In this document: piece by piece, positions 9,084 to 17,580 of the stretch
Position numbering within the stretch: the first letter of the stretch is position 1
How the letters are laid out: each line of letters starts with the position of its first letter
Source of the DNA: Vibrio cholerae ATCC 14035
GTDB lineage: Bacteria > Pseudomonadota > Gammaproteobacteria > Enterobacterales > Vibrionaceae
Assembly (NCBI RefSeq): GCF_000621645.1
Contig: NZ_JHXR01000028.1
Span: 10,368-42,367, forward strand
Direction: 5' to 3'
DNA length: 32,000 nt
Position numbers and translations under genes: made by a program
Notes under the pieces: generated by a model
Database searches by the model: none
What the model was told of the DNA's origin: nothing
The model's input: only the letters and a program-made list of their open reading frames with translations

Positions 9084-9989
9084 TTATCTGGCGAAGGCAA
9101 CAACCAACCCTGCCACAATCGCGCTAACGCCGAGTAAACGAGTTACGTACCAACGCTCTCCAAGAAATGCGATCCCCATAAACAGTCCAAACACGATGCT
9201 GGTTTGACGCAGTGCGACAATAAAACTGACGTTTTCGGTCAACGTCATGGCATAGAGAACCAAGCTATAAGTTCCCCCCATCATCAATCCCGCGAGGGTC
9301 GCGGTATAACGAATGCGCCATGCTTCAACAAATGGAGCGCGTTGACCAGTGAGCAAATACCAGATCGCCAGTGGTATGCACATTGCCCAAAATTGAATCC
9401 CCAAATAAAGCACGGCAGAGTAACTGGCAGGCATTTGTGAGCCTACGGTCTGTTCTATGATCGCCAGCGCTTCTTTATCGATAATCGAATATCCCGCCGT
9501 GCCTAGCGCTGCGACCAGAGCCCACACAATGCCGAGGTTGGCATAATCGGCGAAACGGAACTGACGAAATTTTTGCAGCGGGATCATCAAGCAGCCGAGT
9601 GTGATCAACGCAAATCCCAGCCACTGGTTAAGCTGTAAGTCATAGCCCAGCATCACAGTGCCTGCCCCAACCAACAATACGGGCAATCCGCGTGCTAAAG
9701 GATAAGCAATGCCGATATCCACTTTGCTGTAAGCAAAGGCCAGCCCCAGCATGTACACCATTTGGCTCAGCCCACTTACCACCAAGAGTAACCAAAATTG
9801 AGTCGGCAGCGTTGACCAACCAATCTTAGTGAAATACCACACAATATAAGGCGTGAGGAGCAGTGAGGTCGCTGAAGTGGCACCAAGGAAGAAAGAAGGA
9901 CCCGAGCTTTGGTAGCGCTTGCCGATGATATTCCAACCCGCATGCAACAGTGCAGAAAACAGTACTAAGATGATAGGCATAAAAGACAT
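9084..9989 (-). CDS. EamA/DMT-superfamily transporter
   Basis: 301 aa with about 10 TM segments and a two-fold EamA-like organisation (MSFMPIILVLFSALLHAGWNIIGKR...). Confidence 0.75.
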   Translation of the reverse strand: MSFMPIILVLFSALLHAGWNIIGKRYQSSGPSFFLGATSATSLLLTPYIVWYFTKIGWSTLPTQFWLLLVVSGLSQMVYMLGLAFAYSKVDIGIAYPLARGLPVLLVGAGTVMLGYDLQLNQWLGFALITLGCLMIPLQKFRQFRFADYANLGIVWALVAALGTAGYSIIDKEALAIIEQTVGSQMPASYSAVLYLGIQFWAMCIPLAIWYLLTGQRAPFVEAWRIRYTATLAGLMMGGTYSLVLYAMTLTENVSFIVALRQTSIVFGLFMGIAFLGERWYVTRLLGVSAIVAGLVVAFAR

Positions 9990-10002
9990 ACGACAACCTT
10001 GT

Positions 10003-10027
10003 CAAAAAGCCCAGTCATCGACAGGGC
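10003..10027 (-). terminator. Candidate rho-independent terminator after phnR
   Basis: The minus strand reads gccctgtc-gat-gactgggc (8-bp stem with one mismatch) followed by tttttg. It lies 28 nt downstream of the phnR stop. Confidence 0.5.
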
Positions 10028-10054
10028 AAGCAATCTGCGCTTTCGCGAAATGGA

Positions 10055-10759
10055 TTAACGCTTTAATTCTGCGATGGATTCAATGGTAATGGCATCGTGA
10101 CGCCAGTATTCAATATCACAATCAATCAACTCGCCTTTCTGGTTATAGTTGACCCGCTCCACCACCATTGCCGGTGTACCTGACGTTGCGCGCAGGGCTT
10201 GAGCCATTTCACCCAGTAACGAGCTGGTGGATATACGGTAGTGAATCGTCTGGTATTGTGTCGCATAGTGTTCACGATAGAGATCGGTGAGTGACTGCGA
10301 CAGATCAAAATCGAGCAGGTTTGGAAACAGCTCTGGGCGAATGTAGTTGGTGACATACACCACAGGTCGGTTATCCAAATAACGCACACGGTCTACGCGA
10401 TACACATCCGAAAACGGTTTGAGTTTTAAAAGACGAGTCGCCTGCTTGTTGGCGATCACCGCTTTGGCAGACACCAACTCCGTTTTCGGCTGGCGATTTT
10501 GCGCCAACGCCATATTAGTAAAGTTGAGCGTTTGAGTGGGGTCATAGCGTAAAGGCGCGGGCGAAATAAACCAACCGCGGCGATCTTCACGGTAAATCTT
10601 TCCTTCAGCTTCGAGCAGGGAAAGCGCCTCACGCAAGGTGACTCGCGTGGTATCAAATGATTCGGCTAACTTGCGCTCAGCGGGGAGCTTTTGGCGCGGC
10701 ATCAGCATGCCGGCATCAATCTGCTCTACGATGGCATCTTTAATTTTTACGTATTGCAC
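10055..10759 (-). CDS. phnR: GntR/HutC-family regulator of 2-aminoethylphosphonate uptake and catabolism (PhnR)
   Basis: N-terminal GntR winged HTH (KLPAERKLAESFDTTRVTLREALSLLEAEG) plus a UTRA-type C-terminal domain. It has a GTG start and is the last gene of the phnT-phnUV-phnR string. Confidence 0.8.
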   Translation of the reverse strand: MQYVKIKDAIVEQIDAGMLMPRQKLPAERKLAESFDTTRVTLREALSLLEAEGKIYREDRRGWFISPAPLRYDPTQTLNFTNMALAQNRQPKTELVSAKAVIANKQATRLLKLKPFSDVYRVDRVRYLDNRPVVYVTNYIRPELFPNLLDFDLSQSLTDLYREHYATQYQTIHYRISTSSLLGEMAQALRATSGTPAMVVERVNYNQKGELIDCDIEYWRHDAITIESIAELKR

Positions 10760-10783
10760 TTGCGATCCTATTGCCTCTTTCCA

Positions 10784-12484
10784 CTAACGCTTGCGCCAAG
10801 CTTGCAGGCGGCCAAACAATCCAAACTCTAATCCCACATGCAGCAATTTGGCTAACGCGGCCGAGAGCATAATCATCACCGCCATGGCAGCGGCGGCGCC
10901 CGTCTGCCCGGCATCATCCATATTCAATACCGCAACCGATGCGGGTACGGTGTCGGTTGAGTAGAGGAATACTACCGCAGAAGTGGTGGTTAATGCATTA
11001 ATAAACAAATAGCTAGCAATGTCCAATACCGCAGGCAAGGAGACAGGTAACGTCACTTTCCAAAGTAAGCGGTATTGCGGCAGCTTGATGGAGGCCGCCG
11101 TCGCCTCCAATTCAGGTGGCAACTGTTTAAGCGCGGTAACCGCCGTCATATGCCCCACCGTGTAGTAATGCACCACGGTATTGATCACCAAAAGCAGCAT
11201 GCCACCGTACAAGCCATTGAGCGGATTAGACGCGTGATTGAAAAAGAAGATGTAACCTAAACCCAGCACTAAGCCGGGAACCGCCATCGGTACCATACTC
11301 AGCATCTGCATCGCCTGACGCAGCAGCGCGAACACTCGCCCTTTTTCAATACTGTAAGCGCCGAGAAAAATGATCACCGTCCCACACAGTGCGGTTAAGC
11401 TGGCTAGGGTGAGTGAGTTAAAATACGGGCTCCAACCATAGGCACTGGTTTCGGCAAATTGGTAATGTTTGAGTGTCAGCGCTGTATTCCACGGCCAAAA
11501 CGTCACCAGTGAGCCGTACACCGCCGTGGCTAATACCGCCACAATCGCCACACAAATCAGCACACAATAGAGCAGACATAAACCATCACGCAGCCGATGT
11601 GGCGCTGGTTGGTAAGCCACAGAACGGGTATCAAATAGGCTTTGCTGTTTTTTCTGCACCCAGCGATCGGCAATAAACGCAAACACGGCGGGTAGCAACA
11701 GCACAATACTGGTCACCGCGCCCATCGCGAAATTTTGCTGCCCCACTACTTGCTTGAAAATGTCCGTTGCAAGCACGTTATAGCTGCCACCAATCACTTT
11801 CGGTACGCCGAAATCACACACCACCAAGGTAAACACAACGATCAAGGCGCTGATCAACCCATACTTGGCTGCCGGTAGCGTGACAATAAAAAACGTTTTG
11901 ATGGGGGATGTTTTCAGCGCCCTCGCCGCTTCATACAGACGAGCATCTGAGGTGCTCAGCGAGGTGGTCAGAATCATCAAAGCATGCGGAAATGTCCAGA
12001 AAATCAACCCGAGCGTAATACCTAAGCCACCATAAATGGATTCACCGCCGAGCCAACTCTTGAGCATGCCTTGATTACCAAATAGAAAAATCAGACTGAT
12101 CGCGGGCAGTAATGAAGGCGCGAGAATCGGCGCACTGCCTAACACTCGAAACAGATGTTTTCCCGGCATGCAGGAGCGCGTTAACGCATAGGCGTAACCA
12201 AACGCGAGGATACCGACAATCGCCGTCACACTGATACCAAGCACTAAGGTGTTGCGCAAAGATTGCCAGAGCGCTGCCGAGGAAAAATATTGGGCGAAGT
12301 AAGCGAGCCCGACAAATTCACCCTGCCCATTTTGCACGCTTTTCAACAACATAGCGGCCAACGGCGCGACAATAAACAACAGCATCAGTGATAGCAGGAT
12401 CAATAAGGTGGTCGATAAAATTAGGCTATCGCGGCTCCAATGCGGCAATATCCGCACTGAAAAAGTACGAGCAACATTCAACAT
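10784..12484 (-). CDS. phnU: 2-AEP ABC transporter permease, fused two-domain PhnU-PhnV type
   Basis: About 566 aa with two permease halves (FbpB-like). The ATG at 12484 (MLNVARTF...) has AAGGAG 7 nt upstream and sits 10 nt after the phnT stop. The track start at 12562 overlaps phnT. Confidence 0.8.
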   Translation of the reverse strand: MLNVARTFSVRILPHWSRDSLILSTTLLILLSLMLLFIVAPLAAMLLKSVQNGQGEFVGLAYFAQYFSSAALWQSLRNTLVLGISVTAIVGILAFGYAYALTRSCMPGKHLFRVLGSAPILAPSLLPAISLIFLFGNQGMLKSWLGGESIYGGLGITLGLIFWTFPHALMILTTSLSTSDARLYEAARALKTSPIKTFFIVTLPAAKYGLISALIVVFTLVVCDFGVPKVIGGSYNVLATDIFKQVVGQQNFAMGAVTSIVLLLPAVFAFIADRWVQKKQQSLFDTRSVAYQPAPHRLRDGLCLLYCVLICVAIVAVLATAVYGSLVTFWPWNTALTLKHYQFAETSAYGWSPYFNSLTLASLTALCGTVIIFLGAYSIEKGRVFALLRQAMQMLSMVPMAVPGLVLGLGYIFFFNHASNPLNGLYGGMLLLVINTVVHYYTVGHMTAVTALKQLPPELEATAASIKLPQYRLLWKVTLPVSLPAVLDIASYLFINALTTTSAVVFLYSTDTVPASVAVLNMDDAGQTGAAAAMAVMIMLSAALAKLLHVGLEFGLFGRLQAWRKR

Positions 12485-12494
12485 ACTCTTCTCC

Positions 12495-13667
12495 TTAAGC
12501 CGCATAAGCACAGCTGGCTGTAGCTGCTGGCGTTGTCGACATGACCTTACGACGGTACGCACGCAACTGCCCTGCTCTCAATGCCAAATATCGAACATCT
12601 CCCGCTTTTAAATTCATGGTTTGTACCTGTGTGATCGGTAAATCGACATACACGGGCGGAGCCAAACGCTCACCTTGAAACACACATTCGACTCGATAAA
12701 ACGCGCCAAGAAACTCCAAATGGCGAATGACGACTGGAATGGCCTCGTTGTAGCGCGTAACCAGCTCTAGATTTTCAGGGCGCACAGCCAAATCAAATTG
12801 TTCACCTTGGCAAGGCGTATAATTTTCGATTTTGGGCAAAGCAATAAGGGATTCAGCAATACGCAGTTGCTGGGAACTCGCCATGGAAACGGGAATAAAA
12901 TTCATCGTGCCAACAAACTCAGCCACAAAACGGCTGGCGGGCTTTTGGTAGATCTCTTGCGGCGTACCAACTTGCTCAATCACCCCGTGGTTCATCACCA
13001 CAATGCGATCCGCCATGGTTAACGCTTCTTCTTGATCATGCGTGACCATGATGGTGGTAATGCCCAATTTACGTTGCAGTTGGCAAATTTCTTCGCGCAA
13101 ATGCGTTCTTACCTTGGCATCGAGAGCGGAAAGCGGTTCATCAAGCAGTAATAACCCCGGCGATAATGCCAAAGCACGCGCTAACGCGACCCGCTGCTGC
13201 TGACCGCCAGAGAGCTGGCTTGGGTATTTTTGTGCCGATGTGGCGAGCCCGATCATCTCCAACCACTGCTCCACTTTCTCTAACGCATCACGGACTGACA
13301 TGCCTTGATTACGCAAACCGATGGCGATGTTTTCTTCCACCGTTAAATTGGGAAATAGAGCATAAGATTGGAACACGATGCCGAAATCACGCTGCTCGGG
13401 TGGTAAAAAAGTAATCGCTTGCTGGTTTTGGTGGATGGTGCCAGAGGTGGGAAGATCTAACCCTGCGATGGCGCGCAACAAGGTGGTTTTGCCACAGCCA
13501 GAAGGGCCAAGAAAGCAGACAAACTCGCCTTTTTCAATCGATAAACTGATCTCTTTCAACGCGGTAAATGAGCCAAACTGTTTTACCACATGACGAATAT
13601 CGAGGTAGCTTCTGCTGATCGCTTGTGGTCGATCGTGCTGCTGTAAATTAGGATGATGCATGGTCAT
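12495..13667 (-). CDS. phnT: 2-AEP ABC transporter ATP-binding protein PhnT
   Basis: Walker A GPSGCGKTT, signature LSGGQQQRV, Walker B LLLLDEPLSALD. The ATG at 13667 (MTMHHPN...) has GGTGA 6 nt upstream. Confidence 0.85.
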   Translation of the reverse strand: MTMHHPNLQQHDRPQAISRSYLDIRHVVKQFGSFTALKEISLSIEKGEFVCFLGPSGCGKTTLLRAIAGLDLPTSGTIHQNQQAITFLPPEQRDFGIVFQSYALFPNLTVEENIAIGLRNQGMSVRDALEKVEQWLEMIGLATSAQKYPSQLSGGQQQRVALARALALSPGLLLLDEPLSALDAKVRTHLREEICQLQRKLGITTIMVTHDQEEALTMADRIVVMNHGVIEQVGTPQEIYQKPASRFVAEFVGTMNFIPVSMASSQQLRIAESLIALPKIENYTPCQGEQFDLAVRPENLELVTRYNEAIPVVIRHLEFLGAFYRVECVFQGERLAPPVYVDLPITQVQTMNLKAGDVRYLALRAGQLRAYRRKVMSTTPAATASCAYAA

Positions 13668-13684
13668 AAAAGTCACCTTTAATT

Positions 13685-13696
13685 TGGTATAGTCCA
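13685..13696. promoter_or_regulatory. HutC-type operator candidate (PhnR site T): TGGTATAGTCCA
   Basis: It is identical to the 12-mer at 15031 and sits in a similar flank (aattTGGTATAGTCCAaaa). It fits the GntR/HutC core GT-N-TA-N-AC with one deviation. It lies 18 nt upstream of the phnT start. Confidence 0.55.
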
Positions 13697-13766
13697 AAAT
13701 TAACAAGGCTTTATTGCAATGCAGTGACAGTTTTATCGCTGATGCGTGACCATCTGATGACAGTTA

Positions 13767-13793
13767 GGTAAAAAGGAGGCTTTCGCCTCCTTT
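13767..13793 (-). terminator. Rho-independent terminator after phnS
   Basis: The minus strand reads aaaggaggc-gaaa-gcctccttt running into tttta. It lies 11 nt downstream of the phnS stop. Confidence 0.65.
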
Positions 13794-13803
13794 GATGAAC
13801 AAG

Positions 13804-14811
13804 TTAAGATTTGGGTTCCGATTTAGCATCAAACTTTTCAGACCAGGTTTGCAGCACGCGGGCACGATCGACGCCCATTTGCGTGAAGTCCATCTTCGCC
13901 ATCACTTTTTCAACATTCGGATAATTCGGCACTTGCTTGCTGACGTCCTGATGGCCAACGATAGGATAGCTCTCAATATACAGCTCATTTGCCGCTTTCG
14001 AGACAGACCAATCGACCACACGCTTTGCCGCATCACTTTCTTTGACGAGCCCTACCGCTTCGGATTCCCAGCCAATACCGTTTGGTACAATCACATCCAA
14101 CGGTGCGCCTTGGGTTTTGAGTTTTGCGCCACGCGTTGCCATTGATATGCCGATCGCAACCTCTCCCATCCCCGCTTGAACACAAGGTTTTGAGCCAGAA
14201 TGTGTGTAATGGGCAATATTTTGATCAAGGCGTTGCATGTAATCCCACGCTTTATCTTCGCCCATGTTTTGCAGCCATGCGGAAACTTGCATGTACCCCG
14301 TGCCGGAAGATGCAGGGTTAGGCATCGCAATGTGGCCTTTGTAGACAGGGTTAGTCAAATCTTCCCAACTCTGTGGCTTAGGTAAATTCAGCTGTTTTGC
14401 CACCGCTTCGTTAAAGCATACCGCGTTAAAAAAAGCATCGTTGCCATACCAAGCTTGCTGAGCCTGCGGATCGTTCAAATTAGCTCGTAACTCGTTCGCT
14501 CCTTTGGGTGTGTAAGGTTTTAGCACTCCTTGATCTTTGAGGAGAGCCATTGAAGATCCAGCCAATCCCCACACCACTTCTGCACGTGGGTTGTCTTTTT
14601 CAGCCAGCAGTTTGGCCGTCATGATCCCAGTTGAATCGCGCACCCACTTAATCTCAATATCTGGGTTCTCTTTTTCAAAAGCGCTTTTGTATTTCGCCAG
14701 CAGATCGGTTTCAAATGCGGTATACACCGTGACTTCTTGTCCCGCAAACGCATGAGCAGACATAAGTGCTGCGATCGCTGTTAAGGTTCCTTTCAATATA
14801 CGCTTGTTCAT
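13804..14811 (-). CDS. phnS: 2-AEP ABC transporter periplasmic binding protein PhnS
   Basis: Signal peptide MNKRILKGTLTAIAALMSAHAFA and an Fe3+/AEP-type SBP fold. The track start at 14823 is TTG. The second ATG (14811) is 6 nt from GGAG. Confidence 0.85.
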   Translation of the reverse strand: MNKRILKGTLTAIAALMSAHAFAGQEVTVYTAFETDLLAKYKSAFEKENPDIEIKWVRDSTGIMTAKLLAEKDNPRAEVVWGLAGSSMALLKDQGVLKPYTPKGANELRANLNDPQAQQAWYGNDAFFNAVCFNEAVAKQLNLPKPQSWEDLTNPVYKGHIAMPNPASSGTGYMQVSAWLQNMGEDKAWDYMQRLDQNIAHYTHSGSKPCVQAGMGEVAIGISMATRGAKLKTQGAPLDVIVPNGIGWESEAVGLVKESDAAKRVVDWSVSKAANELYIESYPIVGHQDVSKQVPNYPNVEKVMAKMDFTQMGVDRARVLQTWSEKFDAKSEPKS

Positions 14812-14834
14812 CATCCTCTCCAATTGATTGAATT

Positions 14835-14846
14835 TGGTATGTACCA
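14835..14846. promoter_or_regulatory. HutC-type operator candidate (PhnR site S): TGGTATGTACCA
   Basis: Inverted repeat TGGTA-TG-TACCA inside the larger palindrome aatttggtatgtaccagaatt. It lies 24 nt upstream of the phnS start. Confidence 0.55.
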
Positions 14847-15030
14847 GAATTGTTATTTACCCTACCCAGTCTATGTGACGATTCGATGAAGAAAAATTGG
14901 CAGTTTCACGACGTTTTTAGGTTCTTTTTATGCCATTTTTCCGGCATGTGCGGTTATGAAACTTTTATGAAATTCGCCTTCGAAGGGTTTACCGCGTGCG
15001 TTTCTCGTTGTTAGATAGCGTTAAATTTAT

Positions 15031-15042
15031 TGGTATAGTCCA
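15031..15042. promoter_or_regulatory. HutC-type operator candidate (PhnR site W): TGGTATAGTCCA
   Basis: Exact copy of site T. It lies 14 nt upstream of the phnW ATG and contains a TATAGT -10-like hexamer (15034-15039). Confidence 0.55.
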
Positions 15043-15055
15043 AAAAAGGAATAAC

Positions 15056-16159
15056 ATGAAGAATGCTTATCTACTGCTGACACCGGGACCGCTTTCCACC
15101 TCAGAATCCGTGCGTGAAGCCATGCTTAAAGACTGGTGTACTTGGGATGATGATTACAACTTAGAAATTGTTGAAGTGATCCGCCGCAAACTCGTCACAC
15201 TGGCCACCACACAATCCGGTTACACCTCGGTGTTGATGCAAGGCAGTGGCACCGCTTCGGTAGAAGCCACCATTGGAAGCGTGATGTTACCCACCGATAA
15301 GCTGCTCGTGATTGATAACGGTGCTTATGGCGCACGCATCGCGCAAATCGCGCAGTACCTGAATATCGCATGTCGTGTTATTGCTCCCGGAGAAACGGCG
15401 CAGCCTAATCTTGATGAGATTGCCGATGTGCTGACCCATGATCCGGCAATTACGCATGTGGCGATTGTGCACTGCGAAACCACCACCGGCATGCTGAACC
15501 CGATTGCTGAGGTGGCTAAGATCGCTAAACAGCATGGCAAGCGTGTGATTCTCGATGCGATGTCGAGCTTTGGCGGTATTCCGATGGATATTGGTGCTCT
15601 GGGTATCGATTTTATGATCAGCTCAGCCAACAAATGCATTCAAGGGGTGCCGGGATTTGGTTTTGTGATTGCCAAACGCAGCGAGCTTGAACAGTGCCAA
15701 GGCCGCGCACGCTCACTCACTTTAGATTTGTTCGACCAATGGCAATGTATGGAGAAAAATCACGGCAAGTGGCGTTTTACCTCTCCCACTCATACGGTTC
15801 GTGCGTTCTACCAAGCGTTACTTGAGTTGGAGAGCGAAGGTGGCATCGCGGCGCGCTATCAGCGTTATCAGACCAATCAGACCCAATTGGTGAAAGGCAT
15901 GCGTGAACTGGGTTTTGCCCCGTTACTCCCAGAAAAGCTACATTCCCCCATCATCACCTCTTTCTATTCACCTGAACATTCGGATTACCAGTTTGCCGAG
16001 TTTTATCAGCGCTTAAAACAGCAAGGCTTTGTGATTTATCCCGGCAAAGTCAGTCACGCCGACTGTTTTCGGATTGGCAATATTGGTGAGGTGTATCCGC
16101 AAGATATTGAGCGCCTACTGAGCGCCATGCAGCACGCAATATATTGGCAACAAGCGTAA
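15056..16159 (+). CDS. phnW: 2-aminoethylphosphonate:pyruvate aminotransferase PhnW
   Basis: [35 protein letters not shown]... is close to Salmonella PhnW ([32 protein letters not shown]). [18 protein letters not shown] contains the PLP lysine. An AAGGAA RBS precedes the start. The track start at 14996 is an artefactual extension. Confidence 0.95.
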
Positions 16160-16176
16160 ACGGTTAGGAAAATCCG

Positions 16177-17574
16177 ATGAAAACATTCGATCCCCTCTCG
16201 TCATATAGCCCAACTCACTGGCGTAGTGAAGGTGATATCAATACCACCGCCGCACGTCGCGACTGGCTAACGCATGTGAATGATGAAACTACTCAGAATT
16301 TATTACAACGTGACGCGAATGTGTTTCTGCATCAAGCCATGTCCACACCTTGCCTCGCTCCATTGGCCAGTGCAGCGGGCTGCTATTTGTATGATGTATC
16401 AGGGAAAAGTTATCTCGATTTTCATGGCAATAATGTGCATCAACTCGGTCATGGTCATCCGCAGGTGATCGAAAAAATCACCGAACAGATGCAAACCTTA
16501 CCTTTCGCCCCGCGCCGTTTTACCCATGAAACCGCGATTCGCTGCGCAGAAAAGCTCACGGAGATTGCTGGCGGTGAGCTAAACCGAGTGCTGTTTGCTC
16601 CCGGCGGTACTTCAGTGATTGGTATGGCGCTCAAATTAGCGCGTCATATCACGCAGAATTTTAAAGTGGTCAGTTTGTGGGATGCTTTTCATGGCGCGTC
16701 GCTGGATGCGATCTCCGTTGGCGGCGAAGCTTGTTTCCGCCAAGGCATGGGGCCACTGATGGCAGGCGTGGAGCGCATTCCTCCGGCTATCACCTATCGC
16801 GGTGCATTTCCCCGAGAAGACGGCAGCGATGTGCACTACGCCGATTACTTGGAATACGTGATTGAAAAAGAAGGCGGCATTGGCGCATTCATCGCCGAAG
16901 CGGTACGCAATACCGATGTACAAGTACCAAGCCGCGCCTATTGGCAACGCGTAAGGGAGATCTGCGATAAACACAATGTGCTTTTGATCATTGATGACAT
17001 TCCCAACGGTATGGGGCGCAGCGGTGAGTGGTTTACTCACCAAGCGTTCGGCATCGAGCCCGATATTTTGTGTATCGGCAAAGGTTTGGGGGCTGGGCTT
17101 ATCCCGATTGCCGCCCTACTTACCAAAGAAAAATACAACACGGCTGCACAAGTTTCTTTGGGTCACTACACCCATGAAAAAAGCCCACTCGGCTGCGCTG
17201 CAGCATTAGCCACGATTGAAGTGATTGAGCAGCACAACTTACTCGCCAAAGTGCATGCTGATAGCATTTATATGCGTCAACGTCTTAGTCAAATGCAGCA
17301 GCAATTTTCACTGATTGGGGATGTGCGCGGTATCGGATTGCTTTGGGGCATCGAACTGGTGATCGATCGCCACACCAAACAGCGTGCTCACGATGAAGCC
17401 GAGGCCATACTCTATCACTGCTTACGTCATGGGCTGAGCTTTAAAGTCTCACAAGGCAATGTGATTCAACTTAGCCCGCCATTGATCATTTCACGCCAAG
17501 AGCTGGATCAAGCTCTCGATATTCTCTATTCCGCTTTGCTCGCAATTAGCCAGCAAATGAATTACTCATATTAA
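16177..17574 (+). CDS. pbfA: Class-III aminotransferase-fold PLP enzyme; candidate (R)-1-hydroxy-2-aminoethylphosphonate ammonia-lyase PbfA
   Basis: 465 aa with an AT-III pattern (DDIPNGMGRSGEWF...PDILCIGKGLGAG with the PLP lysine). It sits between phnW and phnX with 17-nt and 6-nt gaps, so it is in the same operon. Confidence 0.6.
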   Translation: MKTFDPLSSYSPTHWRSEGDINTTAARRDWLTHVNDETTQNLLQRDANVFLHQAMSTPCLAPLASAAGCYLYDVSGKSYLDFHGNNVHQLGHGHPQVIEKITEQMQTLPFAPRRFTHETAIRCAEKLTEIAGGELNRVLFAPGGTSVIGMALKLARHITQNFKVVSLWDAFHGASLDAISVGGEACFRQGMGPLMAGVERIPPAITYRGAFPREDGSDVHYADYLEYVIEKEGGIGAFIAEAVRNTDVQVPSRAYWQRVREICDKHNVLLIIDDIPNGMGRSGEWFTHQAFGIEPDILCIGKGLGAGLIPIAALLTKEKYNTAAQVSLGHYTHEKSPLGCAAALATIEVIEQHNLLAKVHADSIYMRQRLSQMQQQFSLIGDVRGIGLLWGIELVIDRHTKQRAHDEAEAILYHCLRHGLSFKVSQGNVIQLSPPLIISRQELDQALDILYSALLAISQQMNYSY

Positions 17575-17580
17575 GGAAAA

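Noticed and set aside
13804-14823. TTG start at 14823 for phnS, and TTG or GTG starts proposed by the ORF track for yejE (1102), yejA (4025), fhs (21596) and the small ORF (19898)
   Set aside because: In each case a downstream ATG has better SD spacing and/or matches the N-terminus of characterised homologues.
16636-17043. 135-aa antisense ORF inside the PbfA-like gene. Similar antisense ORFs occur at 15325-15639, 17566-17904, 19979-20425, 20067-20684, 22576-22974, 26206-26610, 28287-28640 and 31446-31889.
   Set aside because: All lie opposite strongly supported genes with clear homology. They have compositions typical of shadow frames (Arg, Ser and Cys rich) and lack RBS signals.
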